A DNA stretch of 25,626 nucleotides, taken from Candidatus Sysuimicrobiota bacterium (lineage in GTDB: Bacteria; Sysuimicrobiota; Sysuimicrobiia; Sysuimicrobiales; Sysuimicrobiaceae). Numbering within the stretch: the first letter of the stretch is position 1; every line of letters begins with the position of its first letter. Shown here in pieces: positions 1 to 10,671 of the stretch. The stretch spans positions 1 to 25,626 of the forward strand of contig PSLI01000031.1 of NCBI GenBank assembly GCA_040289515.1, written 5' to 3'. The position numbers were made by a program, and so were the translations under genes. The notes below the pieces were generated by a model. That model ran no database searches and was not told where the DNA came from. It worked only from the letters and a program-made list of their open reading frames with translations.

Positions 1-1
1 G

Positions 2-1279
2 GAGTTCGACGACTACATCGCCAACCCCAAGCCCAGCGGCTACCAGTCCCTGCACACCGCCGTCATCTACCGGGGCGTACCTCTGGAGATCCAGATCCGC
101 ACCCACCGCATGCACCAGGAGGCGGAGTACGGGATTGCAGCCCACTGGCGGTACAAGGAGGGCAAGGCGGGATTCCGGGACCGCACCTTCGAGGAGAAGC
201 TGTCCTGGTTGCGGCAGCTGCTGGAGTGGCACCAGGAGATGCAGGACGCCCGGGAGTTCATGCGGTCCGTGAAGCTGGACCTGTTCCGCAACGAGGTATT
301 CGTGTTCACCCCGAAGGGGGACGTGGTGGACCTGCCCAGCGGTGCCACGCCCGTGGACTTCGCCTACCGCATCCACACGGACGTGGGCCACCGGTGCGTG
401 GGCGCCAAGGTGAACGGGCGGCTGGTGCCCCTCAGCTACCGTCTCCGCAGTGGGGACATCGTGGAGATCCTCACCTCCAAGACCCCCACGGGCCCCAGCC
501 GGGACTGGCTGGACTTCGTGGTGACCAGCAACGCCCGCACCAAGATCCGGCAGTGGTTCCGCAGGCAGCAGCGGGAAGAGAACGTGGCCCGGGGCAAGGA
601 GATGCTGGAGCGGGAGCTGCGCCGCCTGGGGCTTTTGGGCCTGCTGCGGGCCGACCGGATCAAGGAGGCGTGCGAGAAGCTGCAGGTGCCCGGGGAGGAG
701 GACCTGTACGCGGCGTTGGGGAACGGGGACCTGACCCTTGTGCAGGTGGTCCACGCGCTGGGGGGGCCACCTGGCCCCGTCCCCGAGCCCACCGCGCCCC
801 AGGCCCAGCCCGCCGCGGCCCCCGCCCGGGGCCTGCGGATCCGCGGGGTGGACAACGTGTTGATGACCCTGGCCCGCTGCTGCATGCCGTTGCCGGGGGA
901 TGACGTGGTGGGCTACGTCACCCGCGGCCGCGGGGTGACCATCCACCGGCGCGACTGCCGCAACCTGGACTACCTGCGGCAGCAGGGGGAGCGGCTGCTG
1001 GAGGTGGAGTGGGAGCCCTCCCCAGACGGGACCTACCCCGTGGAGATCCAGGTGGAGGCCCTGGATCGCGTGGGCCTGCTGAAGGACGTGCTCAGCGCGG
1101 TGGCGGACACCCGCACCAACGTCCTGTCCGTAAACGCCCACGTGCGGAAGGACAAGGTGGGGGTGATCCACCTCACCGTGGACATCCGCAACGTGGGCCA
1201 GCTCACCGCGGTCCTTCAGCGCATCGGCAGGGTGCCCGACGTGTACCGGGTGGAGCGGCTCACCGCGGGCGGCCGGTAG
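2..1279 (+). CDS. relA: RelA/SpoT-family (p)ppGpp synthetase, C-terminal part (5' end outside window)
   Basis: Frame open from base 2: EFDDYIANPKPSGYQSLHT...EIQIRT..MH..AEYGIAAHWRYKEG (synthetase end), TGS domain (VFVFTPKG..LP.GATPVDFAY.IHT.VG..C.GAKVNG), CC motif (LARCCMPLPGD..GYVTRGRGVTIHR.DC), ACT domain; TAG at 1277-1279. Confidence 0.97.
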   Translation, partial: EFDDYIANPKPSGYQSLHTAVIYRGVPLEIQIRTHRMHQEAEYGIAAHWRYKEGKAGFRDRTFEEKLSWLRQLLEWHQEMQDAREFMRSVKLDLFRNEVFVFTPKGDVVDLPSGATPVDFAYRIHTDVGHRCVGAKVNGRLVPLSYRLRSGDIVEILTSKTPTGPSRDWLDFVVTSNARTKIRQWFRRQQREENVARGKEMLERELRRLGLLGLLRADRIKEACEKLQVPGEEDLYAALGNGDLTLVQVVHALGGPPGPVPEPTAPQAQPAAAPARGLRIRGVDNVLMTLARCCMPLPGDDVVGYVTRGRGVTIHRRDCRNLDYLRQQGERLLEVEWEPSPDGTYPVEIQVEALDRVGLLKDVLSAVADTRTNVLSVNAHVRKDKVGVIHLTVDIRNVGQLTAVLQRIGRVPDVYRVERLTAGGR

Positions 1280-1314
1280 GCGCCCGCACCGACCTCACGA
1301 GCTGGGAGGCAGAG

Positions 1315-2082
1315 ATGGGACTGCTACAGGATCGCTGCGCGCTGGTGATGGGGGTGGCGAACCGGTGGAGCATCGCGTGGGGCATCGCCCGCGCCTTCCA
1401 CCGGGAGGGTGCCCGCTGCGTTCTCACGTTCCCCGGGGAGCGGGAGGAGGGGAACGTACGCAAGCTGGCCACGGAGCTGCGGGACCCGTTGCTGTTGCGG
1501 TGCGACGTGACCCGGGACGAGGACCTGGAGGCCCTGCGGGAGCAGCTGCGGGAGCGGGTGGGGCGGGTGGACGTGCTGGTGCACAGCATCGCGTATGCCC
1601 GCACTGAGGACCTGCGGGGCCGGTTTCTGGACACCAGCCGGGAGGGCTACCTGGTGGCCCAGAACGTGAGCAGCTACTCCCTGGTGGCGTGCGCCCGGGC
1701 CGTGGCCCCCCTGATGAGCGAGGGCGGTTCCATCCTCACCCTTACCTTCCTGGCGAGCGAGCGGGTGTTCCCCCACTACAACGTGATGGCCACGTGCAAG
1801 GCGGCCCTGGAGGCATCTGTGCGGTACCTGGCCTACGAGCTGGGCGAGCGGGGCATCCGGGTCAACGCCATCTCCGCGGGCCCCATCCGCACCGCGTCCG
1901 CACGGGCGGTGGCGGGGTTGCAGGAATTCCTGGAGGCGTACAAGCACCGCGCCCCCCTGCGCCGGGCCGTGGACCAGGACGAGGTGGGCGATGCCGCCGT
2001 GTTCCTGGCCAGCCCTCTCAGCCGGGCCGTCACGGGCCAGGTGCTGTTCGTGGATGCAGGCTACCATATCATGGGTGTCTGA
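1315..2082 (+). CDS. fabI: Enoyl-ACP reductase (NADH), 255 aa
   Basis: GGAGG at 1305 before ATG 1315; GVANRWSIAWGIA, HSIAYA, catalytic YNVMATCK (Y-x6-K), VNAISAGPIRT, VTGQVLFVDAGYHIMG. Confidence 0.95.
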   Translation: MGLLQDRCALVMGVANRWSIAWGIARAFHREGARCVLTFPGEREEGNVRKLATELRDPLLLRCDVTRDEDLEALREQLRERVGRVDVLVHSIAYARTEDLRGRFLDTSREGYLVAQNVSSYSLVACARAVAPLMSEGGSILTLTFLASERVFPHYNVMATCKAALEASVRYLAYELGERGIRVNAISAGPIRTASARAVAGLQEFLEAYKHRAPLRRAVDQDEVGDAAVFLASPLSRAVTGQVLFVDAGYHIMGV

Positions 2083-2131
2083 GGGTGCTTAGACTTGCCA
2101 TCCCCGCCGCAGCGGAATCCGAGGAGGATGC

Positions 2132-2902
2132 GTGAGGCTACCCGCGCAGCACGTGTCGGTGTTCCAGGAGTCCATGATCCGGGAGATGACCCGGCGGGCC
2201 CACCAGGTGGGTGCCATCAACCTGGCTCAGGAGTTCCCCGACTTCGGCCCGCCACGGGAGCTCCTGGAAGCGGCCCAGCGGGCCCTGGCAGACGGCTACA
2301 ACCAGTACGCCATCACGGGGGAGCCGCCGAGTTCCGCACCGCGCTCGCGGACCAGCTGGAGCGCACCACAGGGATCCGACCCGGAGCGCCACCTCACCGT
2401 CACCTGCGGAGCCACGGAGGCCATGAGCAAGACCTCCAGCGTCACGGGGTGGCGGGTGGGCTGGGCCGCGGTGTTGGACGACGCCCTCAGCGGGGCCATC
2501 CGGAAGGCGCACGACTTCCGCACGGTGGGCGCCGCATCCCCCCTGCAGCAGGCAGGCGTGGTAGCCCTGCGTTTCCCGGATCGGTCCTACTGGGACATGG
2601 TACAGAGCTACCAGCGCAAGCGCGACCTCCTGCTGGGAACCCTGCAAGAGGCGGGGTTCCGCCCCACCGTGCCGGGCGGCGCGTACGACATCATGGCGGA
2701 CTTCACCGCCCCGTCCGAGGAGGGCGATGTGCGCCTCGCGCTGCGCCTGGTGGAGGAGGTGGGGGTGGCCGCCGTCCCCGGCTCGTCCTTCTTCCACGAG
2801 CCATCTTTGGGCCGGCGTTACGTGCGGTTCGCGTACCCCAAGCGGGAGCAGACCCTGGAGGAGGCCGCGCGCCCGCTGGCACGCCTGGAAGCCCGGCGGT
2901 GA
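2132..2902 (+). pseudogene. Degraded class I/II PLP-dependent aminotransferase (256 codons; central part deleted)
   Basis: GAGGAGG RBS then GTG; N-terminal INLAQ(E)FPDF..YNQYA, then TCGATEAM joined directly to the PLP-lysine motif SKTSSVTGWRVGW; pair of compensating frameshifts at about 2318 and 2378; substitutions at normally conserved positions. Confidence 0.85.
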
Positions 2903-3351
2903 GGGCCCTGGTTCAGAGGGTGCGCCGCGGCGCGGTCTTGGTGGACGGCCGGACCGTGGCGGAGATCGGGCCGGGCCTGGTGGTCCTGCTGGGCGTGCGC
3001 AGCGGGGACACGGAGGAGGAGGCGCACTGGCTGGCCCGCAAGGTGGCGCACCTGCGCATCTTCCCCGACCCCGAAGGCAAACTGAACCGGTCCGTGCTGG
3101 AGGCCGGGGGCGAGGTGCTGTCCGTGTCCCAGTTCACCCTGTACGGGGACTGCCGGAAAGGCAACCGACCCAGCTTCGTGCACGCGGCGCCCTTGGAGCA
3201 CGCGCGGCCGTTGTACGAGGCCTTCAACCGGGCCCTGGCCGACTGCGGGGTCCCCGTGCGGACGGGCGTGTTCGGGGCGGTGATGGTGGTGGAGATCCAC
3301 AACGACGGCCCGGTGACCATCTGGCTGGACACGGAGGAGCTGCGGGGTTGA
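2899..3351 (+). CDS. dtd: D-aminoacyl-tRNA deacylase, 150 aa
   Basis: GTG overlapping the upstream TGA (GTGA); MRALVQRV, SQFTL, KGNRPSF, NDGPVT motifs; customary position downstream of rel. Confidence 0.96.
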   Translation: MRALVQRVRRGAVLVDGRTVAEIGPGLVVLLGVRSGDTEEEAHWLARKVAHLRIFPDPEGKLNRSVLEAGGEVLSVSQFTLYGDCRKGNRPSFVHAAPLEHARPLYEAFNRALADCGVPVRTGVFGAVMVVEIHNDGPVTIWLDTEELRG

Positions 3352-3527
3352 CTGACGAGGAGCTGCGGGGATGGATGCAGACCGCCCTGAGATTTCGGGG
3401 CGTCGAGGTAGACCCGCACGATCTGCCCGTGGCGCAGCTGCGGGCGGTGCTGCAGCGCCTGGAGGCCCTGGACGTGGTGGATGCGTGGGGGGAGGAGGAG
3501 CTGGCCCTGCCGTGGGAGCGCCCGTGA
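3348..3527 (+). CDS. Small hypothetical protein, 59 aa (possible GatC/AtzG-like amidase partner)
   Basis: GGAGGAG at about 3333-3339, TTG start overlapping the dtd stop (TTGA), stop overlapping the amidase start (GTGA); MTDEELRGWMQTALRFRGVEVDPHDLPVAQLRAVLQRLEALDVVDAWGEEELALPWERP exactly fills the gap. Confidence 0.75.
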   Translation: MTDEELRGWMQTALRFRGVEVDPHDLPVAQLRAVLQRLEALDVVDAWGEEELALPWERP

Positions 3528-4900
3528 CGGTGGCGGACCTGACTCTGGCACGGGTGGTGGCGGCCATCCGGGCCGGGGAGTTGTCCCCCGTGGAGGTCGC
3601 GGAGGCCGTCCTGGAGCGTGCCGCCCGCGTGCAGCCGCGCCTACAACCCTTCCTGTGGCTGGACGAGGAGCGTGTGCGGGAACAGGCCCGCCGCCTGGCG
3701 CAGCAGCCCCCGCGGGGGGTGCTGCACGGCGTCCCCGTGACCTTGAAGGACCTCGTGGCGGAGCGGGGGGCCCCGTGGACGTGCGGGTCCCGGCTCCGCG
3801 CGCAGGTAGTGGCCCGCGAGGATGCGGAGGTCACGCGGCGGCTGCGGGAGGCGGGGGCGGTGTTCGTGGGCCGGGCCCACCTGCATGAGTTCGCTTTCGG
3901 TGTGTCCAACGAGAACCCCCACTTCGGCCCCTGCCGCAACCCGTGGGACCCCGGCCGGTCGCCGGGTGGATCCAGCGGCGGCAGCGCCGTGGCGGTGGCC
4001 ACCGGGTGCGCGTTCGGCTCCGTGGGGACCGATACCGGCGGGTCGGTGCGTATCCCCGCGGCCCTGTGTGGGGTGGTGGGCTGCAAGCCCACGTACGGCC
4101 TAGTGCCCGGGGATGGGGTGTTCCCCCTTAGCCCGTCCCTGGACCACGTGGGCCCGCTGGCGCGCACGGTGGAGGATGTGGCGTTGCTGCTGGAGGTCTT
4201 GGCCGGATGCCCCGGGCGTTACGCCGTCGCGGGGTCCGGGCTGAGAGGCCTGCGGGTGGGCGTACCCCGCGGCGGTTTGTGGGAGGTACTACACCCCGGG
4301 GTGGCGTCCTGCGTCCACGAGGCGCTGCGGACCCTGGAGGAGGACGGCGCGCGGTGCGAGCCGGTGGACTTCCCGTGGGAGGCCGCCTCCGCGGTGGCCA
4401 CGGCACTGCTGCTGGTGGAGGCGGCCGCATTACACGTGGACTCTCTGCGGGCGCACCCGGATGAGTACGGCCGGGACGTGCGGGAACGCCTGTTGGTAGG
4501 GCTTGGGCTGCCCGCAGAACGCTACGCGCGGGCCCTTCGCGTGCGCCGGGTCCTGGCGCGGGCGTCCCGCGCACTCTGGGAGCGGGTGGACGTGCTGGCC
4601 ACCCCCACCGTCCCCCTGCCAGCCCCGCGGCTGGGCGAGGACCGCACGCAGCTGGCAGGAGGGTTCCACGAGATCGGCAGCCTGCTCACGCGCTTTACGA
4701 ACCCCTTCAACACCCTGGGGCTACCCGCGGTGAGCGTGCCGTGCGGGTTCGCGGACGGGCTTCCGGTGGGGCTGCAGCTGGTGGGACCTCCGTGGGAGGA
4801 GGCCAGGGTCCTGTCCGCCGCGTGGGCCTACGAGCGCGCCCGCGGGACGTTCCCGCAGCCGGCGGCGGTGAAGAGTTCGCTTGGGGAGGAGTACGCATGA
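3524..4900 (+). CDS. Amidase-signature family amidase, 458 aa
   Basis: LHGVPVTLKD (Lys), GGSSGGS, GTDTGGSVRIPAALCGVVGCKPTYG (Ser-cisSer-Lys triad), C-terminal GLPVGLQLVG; GGAG upstream of GTG 3524. Confidence 0.93.
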   Translation: MTVADLTLARVVAAIRAGELSPVEVAEAVLERAARVQPRLQPFLWLDEERVREQARRLAQQPPRGVLHGVPVTLKDLVAERGAPWTCGSRLRAQVVAREDAEVTRRLREAGAVFVGRAHLHEFAFGVSNENPHFGPCRNPWDPGRSPGGSSGGSAVAVATGCAFGSVGTDTGGSVRIPAALCGVVGCKPTYGLVPGDGVFPLSPSLDHVGPLARTVEDVALLLEVLAGCPGRYAVAGSGLRGLRVGVPRGGLWEVLHPGVASCVHEALRTLEEDGARCEPVDFPWEAASAVATALLLVEAAALHVDSLRAHPDEYGRDVRERLLVGLGLPAERYARALRVRRVLARASRALWERVDVLATPTVPLPAPRLGEDRTQLAGGFHEIGSLLTRFTNPFNTLGLPAVSVPCGFADGLPVGLQLVGPPWEEARVLSAAWAYERARGTFPQPAAVKSSLGEEYA

Positions 4901-5298
4901 GTGGGAAAAAGGGGGTGGGAAACCACGCCCCCGCGTGGGCGGTGAAAAGCCGCTGTGACGGGTACTGGGAGTGGTTCGAGCGAGTCGGCCCTCCCGCGTA
5001 CGAAATCACCGGTAAGTACCTCTTCTTCTGCAGGGATCGGGAACTGCTCGTCCGCGTGGGGCTGGAAGAGTTGCGCAACGGGGGCTTCCACCTCGCCAGG
5101 ACCCATATGGCAGGCGTGCAGCCGCCTTCTGCTGAATACGTCCTGTGCCTGTATTACAGGGACGACAGCCGGAAGAAAGAACTTGAGGCGAAGTACAGGG
5201 GCCGTCCGGGCCTGAAGCACCGAAAGGAGTTTCCGGATCGGCTTTCGCCGGAGGAGCCGGAGGAGAGGAGGCGCTTTCAAGAAAAGCGTGGCGGATGA
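4897..5298 (+). CDS. Hypothetical protein, 133 aa
   Basis: GGAGGAG RBS, ATG overlapping the amidase stop (ATGA); globular-looking sequence with GKYLFF and YVLCLYY strands; visibly more A/T-rich than its neighbours. Confidence 0.7.
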   Translation: MSGKKGVGNHAPAWAVKSRCDGYWEWFERVGPPAYEITGKYLFFCRDRELLVRVGLEELRNGGFHLARTHMAGVQPPSAEYVLCLYYRDDSRKKELEAKYRGRPGLKHRKEFPDRLSPEEPEERRRFQEKRGG

Positions 5299-5343
5299 AG
5301 GGCCGCCGTGGGCAGAAGTTGGCGAAAGCCGGGACGCCCACCC

Positions 5344-6045
5344 CTAGCCGAGGAAGGCGGACAGCAAGCGTTGCTCCAGCTCCTTGGTGACCTCCGACAG
5401 GTCCTTGATGGTGTCCACGCCCCTCCAGTAGGTCCGGGACCGGTAGGCGCCCAGCCGCCCCTGCTGAGCCAGGGTGGGGAAGGTGGTGGTCTCGTGGTCA
5501 CCCACCTCGGGCAGCAGCTCCCGCAGCGCGACGTCCAGGACGTACACTCCCGCGTTGATCCAGTACGGCAGCTCCGGCTTCTCGTGGAACCCCGTGATGC
5601 GGTCGTCCTCGTCCACGTCCACGATGCCGTACGGGCTCACGAAAGGGCTTAGCACCAAGGTGGCCAGGTGGCCCCGCCGCCGGTGCTGTGCCACAACCTC
5701 CCGCAGGGGTACGTTGGTGATCACATCCCCGTTGGTGGCCACGCAAACGTCTCCCTCCACCAGGGCCATGGCCTGCCGGAGGGCCCCGCCGCGGCCCAAG
5801 GGTTCCCGCTCCACGGAATAGCGGATGCGCACGCCCCACTTCCGGCCGTCGTCGAAGTAGTCCTGGATCACCTCGTGCCGGTACCCGCAGGCCACCACCA
5901 CGTCCGTGACGCCCTGGCTGCGCAGCCACTCGATCTGGTACCCGAGGATGGGAATGCCCAGGATCTCCACCATGGGCTTCGGCCGGTCCTGGGTGTACGG
6001 ACGCAGCCGCTCGCCCTTGCCGCCGGCCAGGATAATGGCGTGCAT
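5344..6045 (-). CDS. Nucleotidyltransferase family protein (sugar-1-phosphate nucleotidyltransferase-like, NTP_transferase domain only), 233 aa
   Basis: MHAIILAGGKGERLRPYT..RPKPM, EREPLGRGGAL, NGDV, FHEKP, INAGVY, YWRGVDT; GGAGGTG RBS at 6051-6057 on the minus strand. Confidence 0.92.
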   Translation of the reverse strand: MHAIILAGGKGERLRPYTQDRPKPMVEILGIPILGYQIEWLRSQGVTDVVVACGYRHEVIQDYFDDGRKWGVRIRYSVEREPLGRGGALRQAMALVEGDVCVATNGDVITNVPLREVVAQHRRRGHLATLVLSPFVSPYGIVDVDEDDRITGFHEKPELPYWINAGVYVLDVALRELLPEVGDHETTTFPTLAQQGRLGAYRSRTYWRGVDTIKDLSEVTKELEQRLLSAFLG

Positions 6046-6134
6046 CCTCTCACCTCCTGCCGCCCTGGCTTTCCCCGCGCGACAGTGCCTGCACGGTTAC
6101 GATTGTGCCACGGCCCGCGGGGTGCCCACCACCC

Positions 6135-6143
6135 TGGTACAAT
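6135..6143 (+). promoter_or_regulatory. Extended -10 element for the hisS-aspS operon
   Basis: TGGTACAAT (TG-n-TACAAT) about 65 nt upstream of the hisS ATG in a divergent intergenic region; no convincing -35. Confidence 0.55.
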
Positions 6144-6209
6144 CGGGAAGAGTCCGTACCCTCTGCTGCGCGCGGAGCGCTGCGGGACGCTCCACCCGCG
6201 AGGAGGACC

Positions 6210-7474
6210 ATGTCCAGGCTTCAGGCTCCCCGCGGAATGCGGGACGTGCTACCGCCCGAGTCCGAGCGGTGGCAGTGGCTGGTGTCGCGGTGCCGGGAGA
6301 TGGCGCACCGGTTCGGGTACCGGGAGATCCGGACCCCCCTGGTGGAACACACGGAGGTGTTCCTGAAGGGGGTGGGGGAGGGCACGGACATCGTGGAGCA
6401 CGAGATGTACACCTTCTCTGACCGGGCAGGCCGAAGCCTGTCCCTGCGGCCGGAGGGCACCGCAGGGGTGGTGCGGGCGTACGTGGAGCACGGGATGCAC
6501 ACGTGGGCGCAGCCCGTGAAACTGTACTATGTGGCGGAGATGTTCCGGTACGACCGGCCCCAGTCGGGCCGCTACCGCCAGCACACTCAGTTCGGTGCGG
6601 AGGTCCTGGGGGCGGCGGATGCCGCCGCGGACGTGGACGTGCTGAGCCTGGCGGTGCGCACCCTGCAGGCGCTGGGCCTGCGGGAAGTACGGCTGCACCT
6701 GAACAGTGTGGGCGACCCGAGCTGTCGGCCGGGCTACCTGCAGGTGTTCCGCGAGTACTTCCAGGCGCACTACGACCGCCTGGACGAGGACAGCCGCCGC
6801 CGCCTGGTGACCAACCCGCTGCGAATTTTGGACTCCAAGGTGGAGCAGACCCGAAAAATCGCGCAAAACGCGCCCCGGATTCTGGATCATCTGTGCGCGG
6901 CCTGTCGGGCCCACTTCGACGCGGTGGTGCGGCGGCTGGAGGTCCTGGGGATCCCCGTGCAGGTGGACCCCCTTATCGTGCGGGGCCTGGACTACTACAC
7001 CCGCACCGCTGCGGAGGTGCACTACCCCAGGCTGGGTGCGCAGAGCGCCCTGTTCGGGGGCGGGCGGTACGACGGGCTGGCGGAGGTCCTCGGCGGGCCA
7101 CCAACCCCGGGTGTGGGGTTCGGCATGGGGCTGGAGCGGGTCCTCTTGGTTCTGGAGCAGGAGGGGCTGGTGCCGGAGGAGCTGACCGTACGCCCGCAGG
7201 CGTACGTGTGTCACGAGGGAGCCGCCTGGCAGGAGGAGGCGCTGCGGGTGCTGGACCTTTTGCGGCAGGCGGGCCTACGGGCGGAGGGTGACCTGATGGA
7301 TCGCAGCCTTCGGGCGCAGCTGCGCACCGCCGCCCGCTCGGGCGCCCGCTGGGCCGTGCTAGTGGGTGTGCCGGAGGCTCCGGCGGGGCACGTGGTGCTC
7401 CGGGACCTGCAGCGGGGCGAGCAGCGGGCGCTGCTCCCAGACCAGCTGCCGGGGGTGCTTCAGGAGGAGAGCCC

Positions 7475-7502
<28 letters not shown>
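6210..7502 (+). CDS. hisS: Histidyl-tRNA synthetase, 430 aa
   Basis: AGGAGG RBS; APRGMRD, LRPEGTA, MFRYDRPQSGRYRQH.QFG.E, IVRGLDYYT, GGGRYDGL, GFGMGLER. Confidence 0.97.
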
Positions 7503-9223
<1,721 letters not shown>

Positions 9224-9243
9224 GAAGAGTTCCGGAGGTCGGC

Positions 9244-10620
9244 ATGAGGGAGCGGTGGGAACTGACGGTGTACGAGGCCGCGGAGGCCGTGGCCTCGGGG
9301 CAGGTCTGCGCGCGGGAGCTGGTGCAGGCGTGCCTGGAGCGCACCGCGCAGCTGGAGCCTGCCGTGTGTGCATGGGCGCGGCTCGACCCTGAGGGGGCCC
9401 TACAGGCAGCGGCGCAGCTGGACGAGCGCGCCCGGCGTGGGGAACGCGCGGGCCCGCTGCACGGGGTGCCCCTGGGGATCAAGGATATCGTGTACACCGC
9501 GGGGTTGGAGACCTCTGCGGGCTCGTCCCTCCTGCGGGGTTTCGTGCCTTCGTACGACGCCACGGTGGTGGCGCGGCTGCGCCGGGCGGGCGCCGTGGTG
9601 CTGGGCAAGACCGTCACGACCCAGTTCGCGTACCTAGACCCCGGACCCACCCGCAACCCATGGAATCTGGACCACACGCCGGGTGGCTCCAGCAGCGGGT
9701 CCGCGGCTGCGGTGGCGTGCGGGATGGTCCCCGCGGCCCTGGGCACCCAGACGATCGGTTCTGTTCTGCGGCCCGCTGCGTACTGCGGCCTCGTGGGCCT
9801 CAAGCCCACCTACGGGCGCGTGAGCCGCCACGGCATCCTGCCCCTGGCCTGGACCCTGGACCACCCGGGTGTTTTGGTCCGCACCGTGCTGGACGCGGCG
9901 CTGTTGCTGGAGGTGCTGGCCGGCCCGGATGGGCTGGATCCCGCCTGCGGGACGTATCCCGTGGAGCCCTGGACGCAGGCGTGCCAGCTTCCACCTTCCG
10001 GCCTGCGGGTGGGCACACCGGACCGGTTCTTCACGGAGAGGGCCACCACCGAAGTGCGGGAAGTGTACGGCAAGGCGCTGAGGGCCCTGGAGGGTGTTGG
10101 GGCGGAGGTACGCGAGGTACGGTTGCCGCGGGAATTCGAATCGGGCCTGGTGGCGCAGCGGACCATCCTGGCCGCGGAGGCCGCTACCTTCCACCGAGCG
10201 TGGTACGAGCGGCGAGCCGAGGAGTATGGCCCCAAGCTTCGGGCTCTGGTGGAGGAAGGGATGCGGGTCCCGGCCACGGAGTACATTCGGGCGCGGCAGG
10301 TGCGCCGGGCGTGCCGGCGGGCCATGACGGAGCTGTTTGACGAGGTAGACGTGCTGGTCACTCCTACCACCCCCGCGCCGGCGCCCAGGGGCCTGGAGTC
10401 CACCGGGGATCCCTCCTTCAACGGCCCGTTCAGCTTTGTGGGCTTCCCTTCCATCACGGTACCGGTGGCGCTGTCGGCGCAGGGGCTGCCCCTGGGCGTG
10501 CAGCTCGTGGCCAAGCCTCTGGCGGAGGCCACGCTGCTGCGCGCCGCCTCAGCCCTGGAGGCGGTTTCCTCCTGGCAGCGGCGCTTAGCTCATCCCGGCC
10601 CCGTGCCCGCAGCCCCCTAG
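9244..10620 (+). CDS. Amidase-signature family amidase, 458 aa
   Basis: GGAGG RBS; GPLHGVPLGIKD, HTPGGSSSGS, GTQTIGSVLRPAAYCG..GLKPTYG, GLPLGVQLV. Confidence 0.93.
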   Translation: MRERWELTVYEAAEAVASGQVCARELVQACLERTAQLEPAVCAWARLDPEGALQAAAQLDERARRGERAGPLHGVPLGIKDIVYTAGLETSAGSSLLRGFVPSYDATVVARLRRAGAVVLGKTVTTQFAYLDPGPTRNPWNLDHTPGGSSSGSAAAVACGMVPAALGTQTIGSVLRPAAYCGLVGLKPTYGRVSRHGILPLAWTLDHPGVLVRTVLDAALLLEVLAGPDGLDPACGTYPVEPWTQACQLPPSGLRVGTPDRFFTERATTEVREVYGKALRALEGVGAEVREVRLPREFESGLVAQRTILAAEAATFHRAWYERRAEEYGPKLRALVEEGMRVPATEYIRARQVRRACRRAMTELFDEVDVLVTPTTPAPAPRGLESTGDPSFNGPFSFVGFPSITVPVALSAQGLPLGVQLVAKPLAEATLLRAASALEAVSSWQRRLAHPGPVPAAP

Positions 10621-10671
10621 CCGGCCACACCCGGTTGCCCACCGGGGGCGCGGGTGGGATGCTGGGTTTGG

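Noticed and set aside
5308..5341. Hairpin GTGGGC-AGAAG-TTGGC-GAAA-GCCGG-GAC-GCCCAC resembling the GNRA-capped P2 arm of a c-di-GMP-I riboswitch
   Set aside because: Lacks the following AAA junction and P3 arm, and lies between convergent 3' ends with no downstream gene to control; more likely a weak terminator or chance.
6046..6209. Possible T-box leader upstream of hisS
   Set aside because: Leader after the -10 element is only about 60 nt and has no T-box consensus or terminator.
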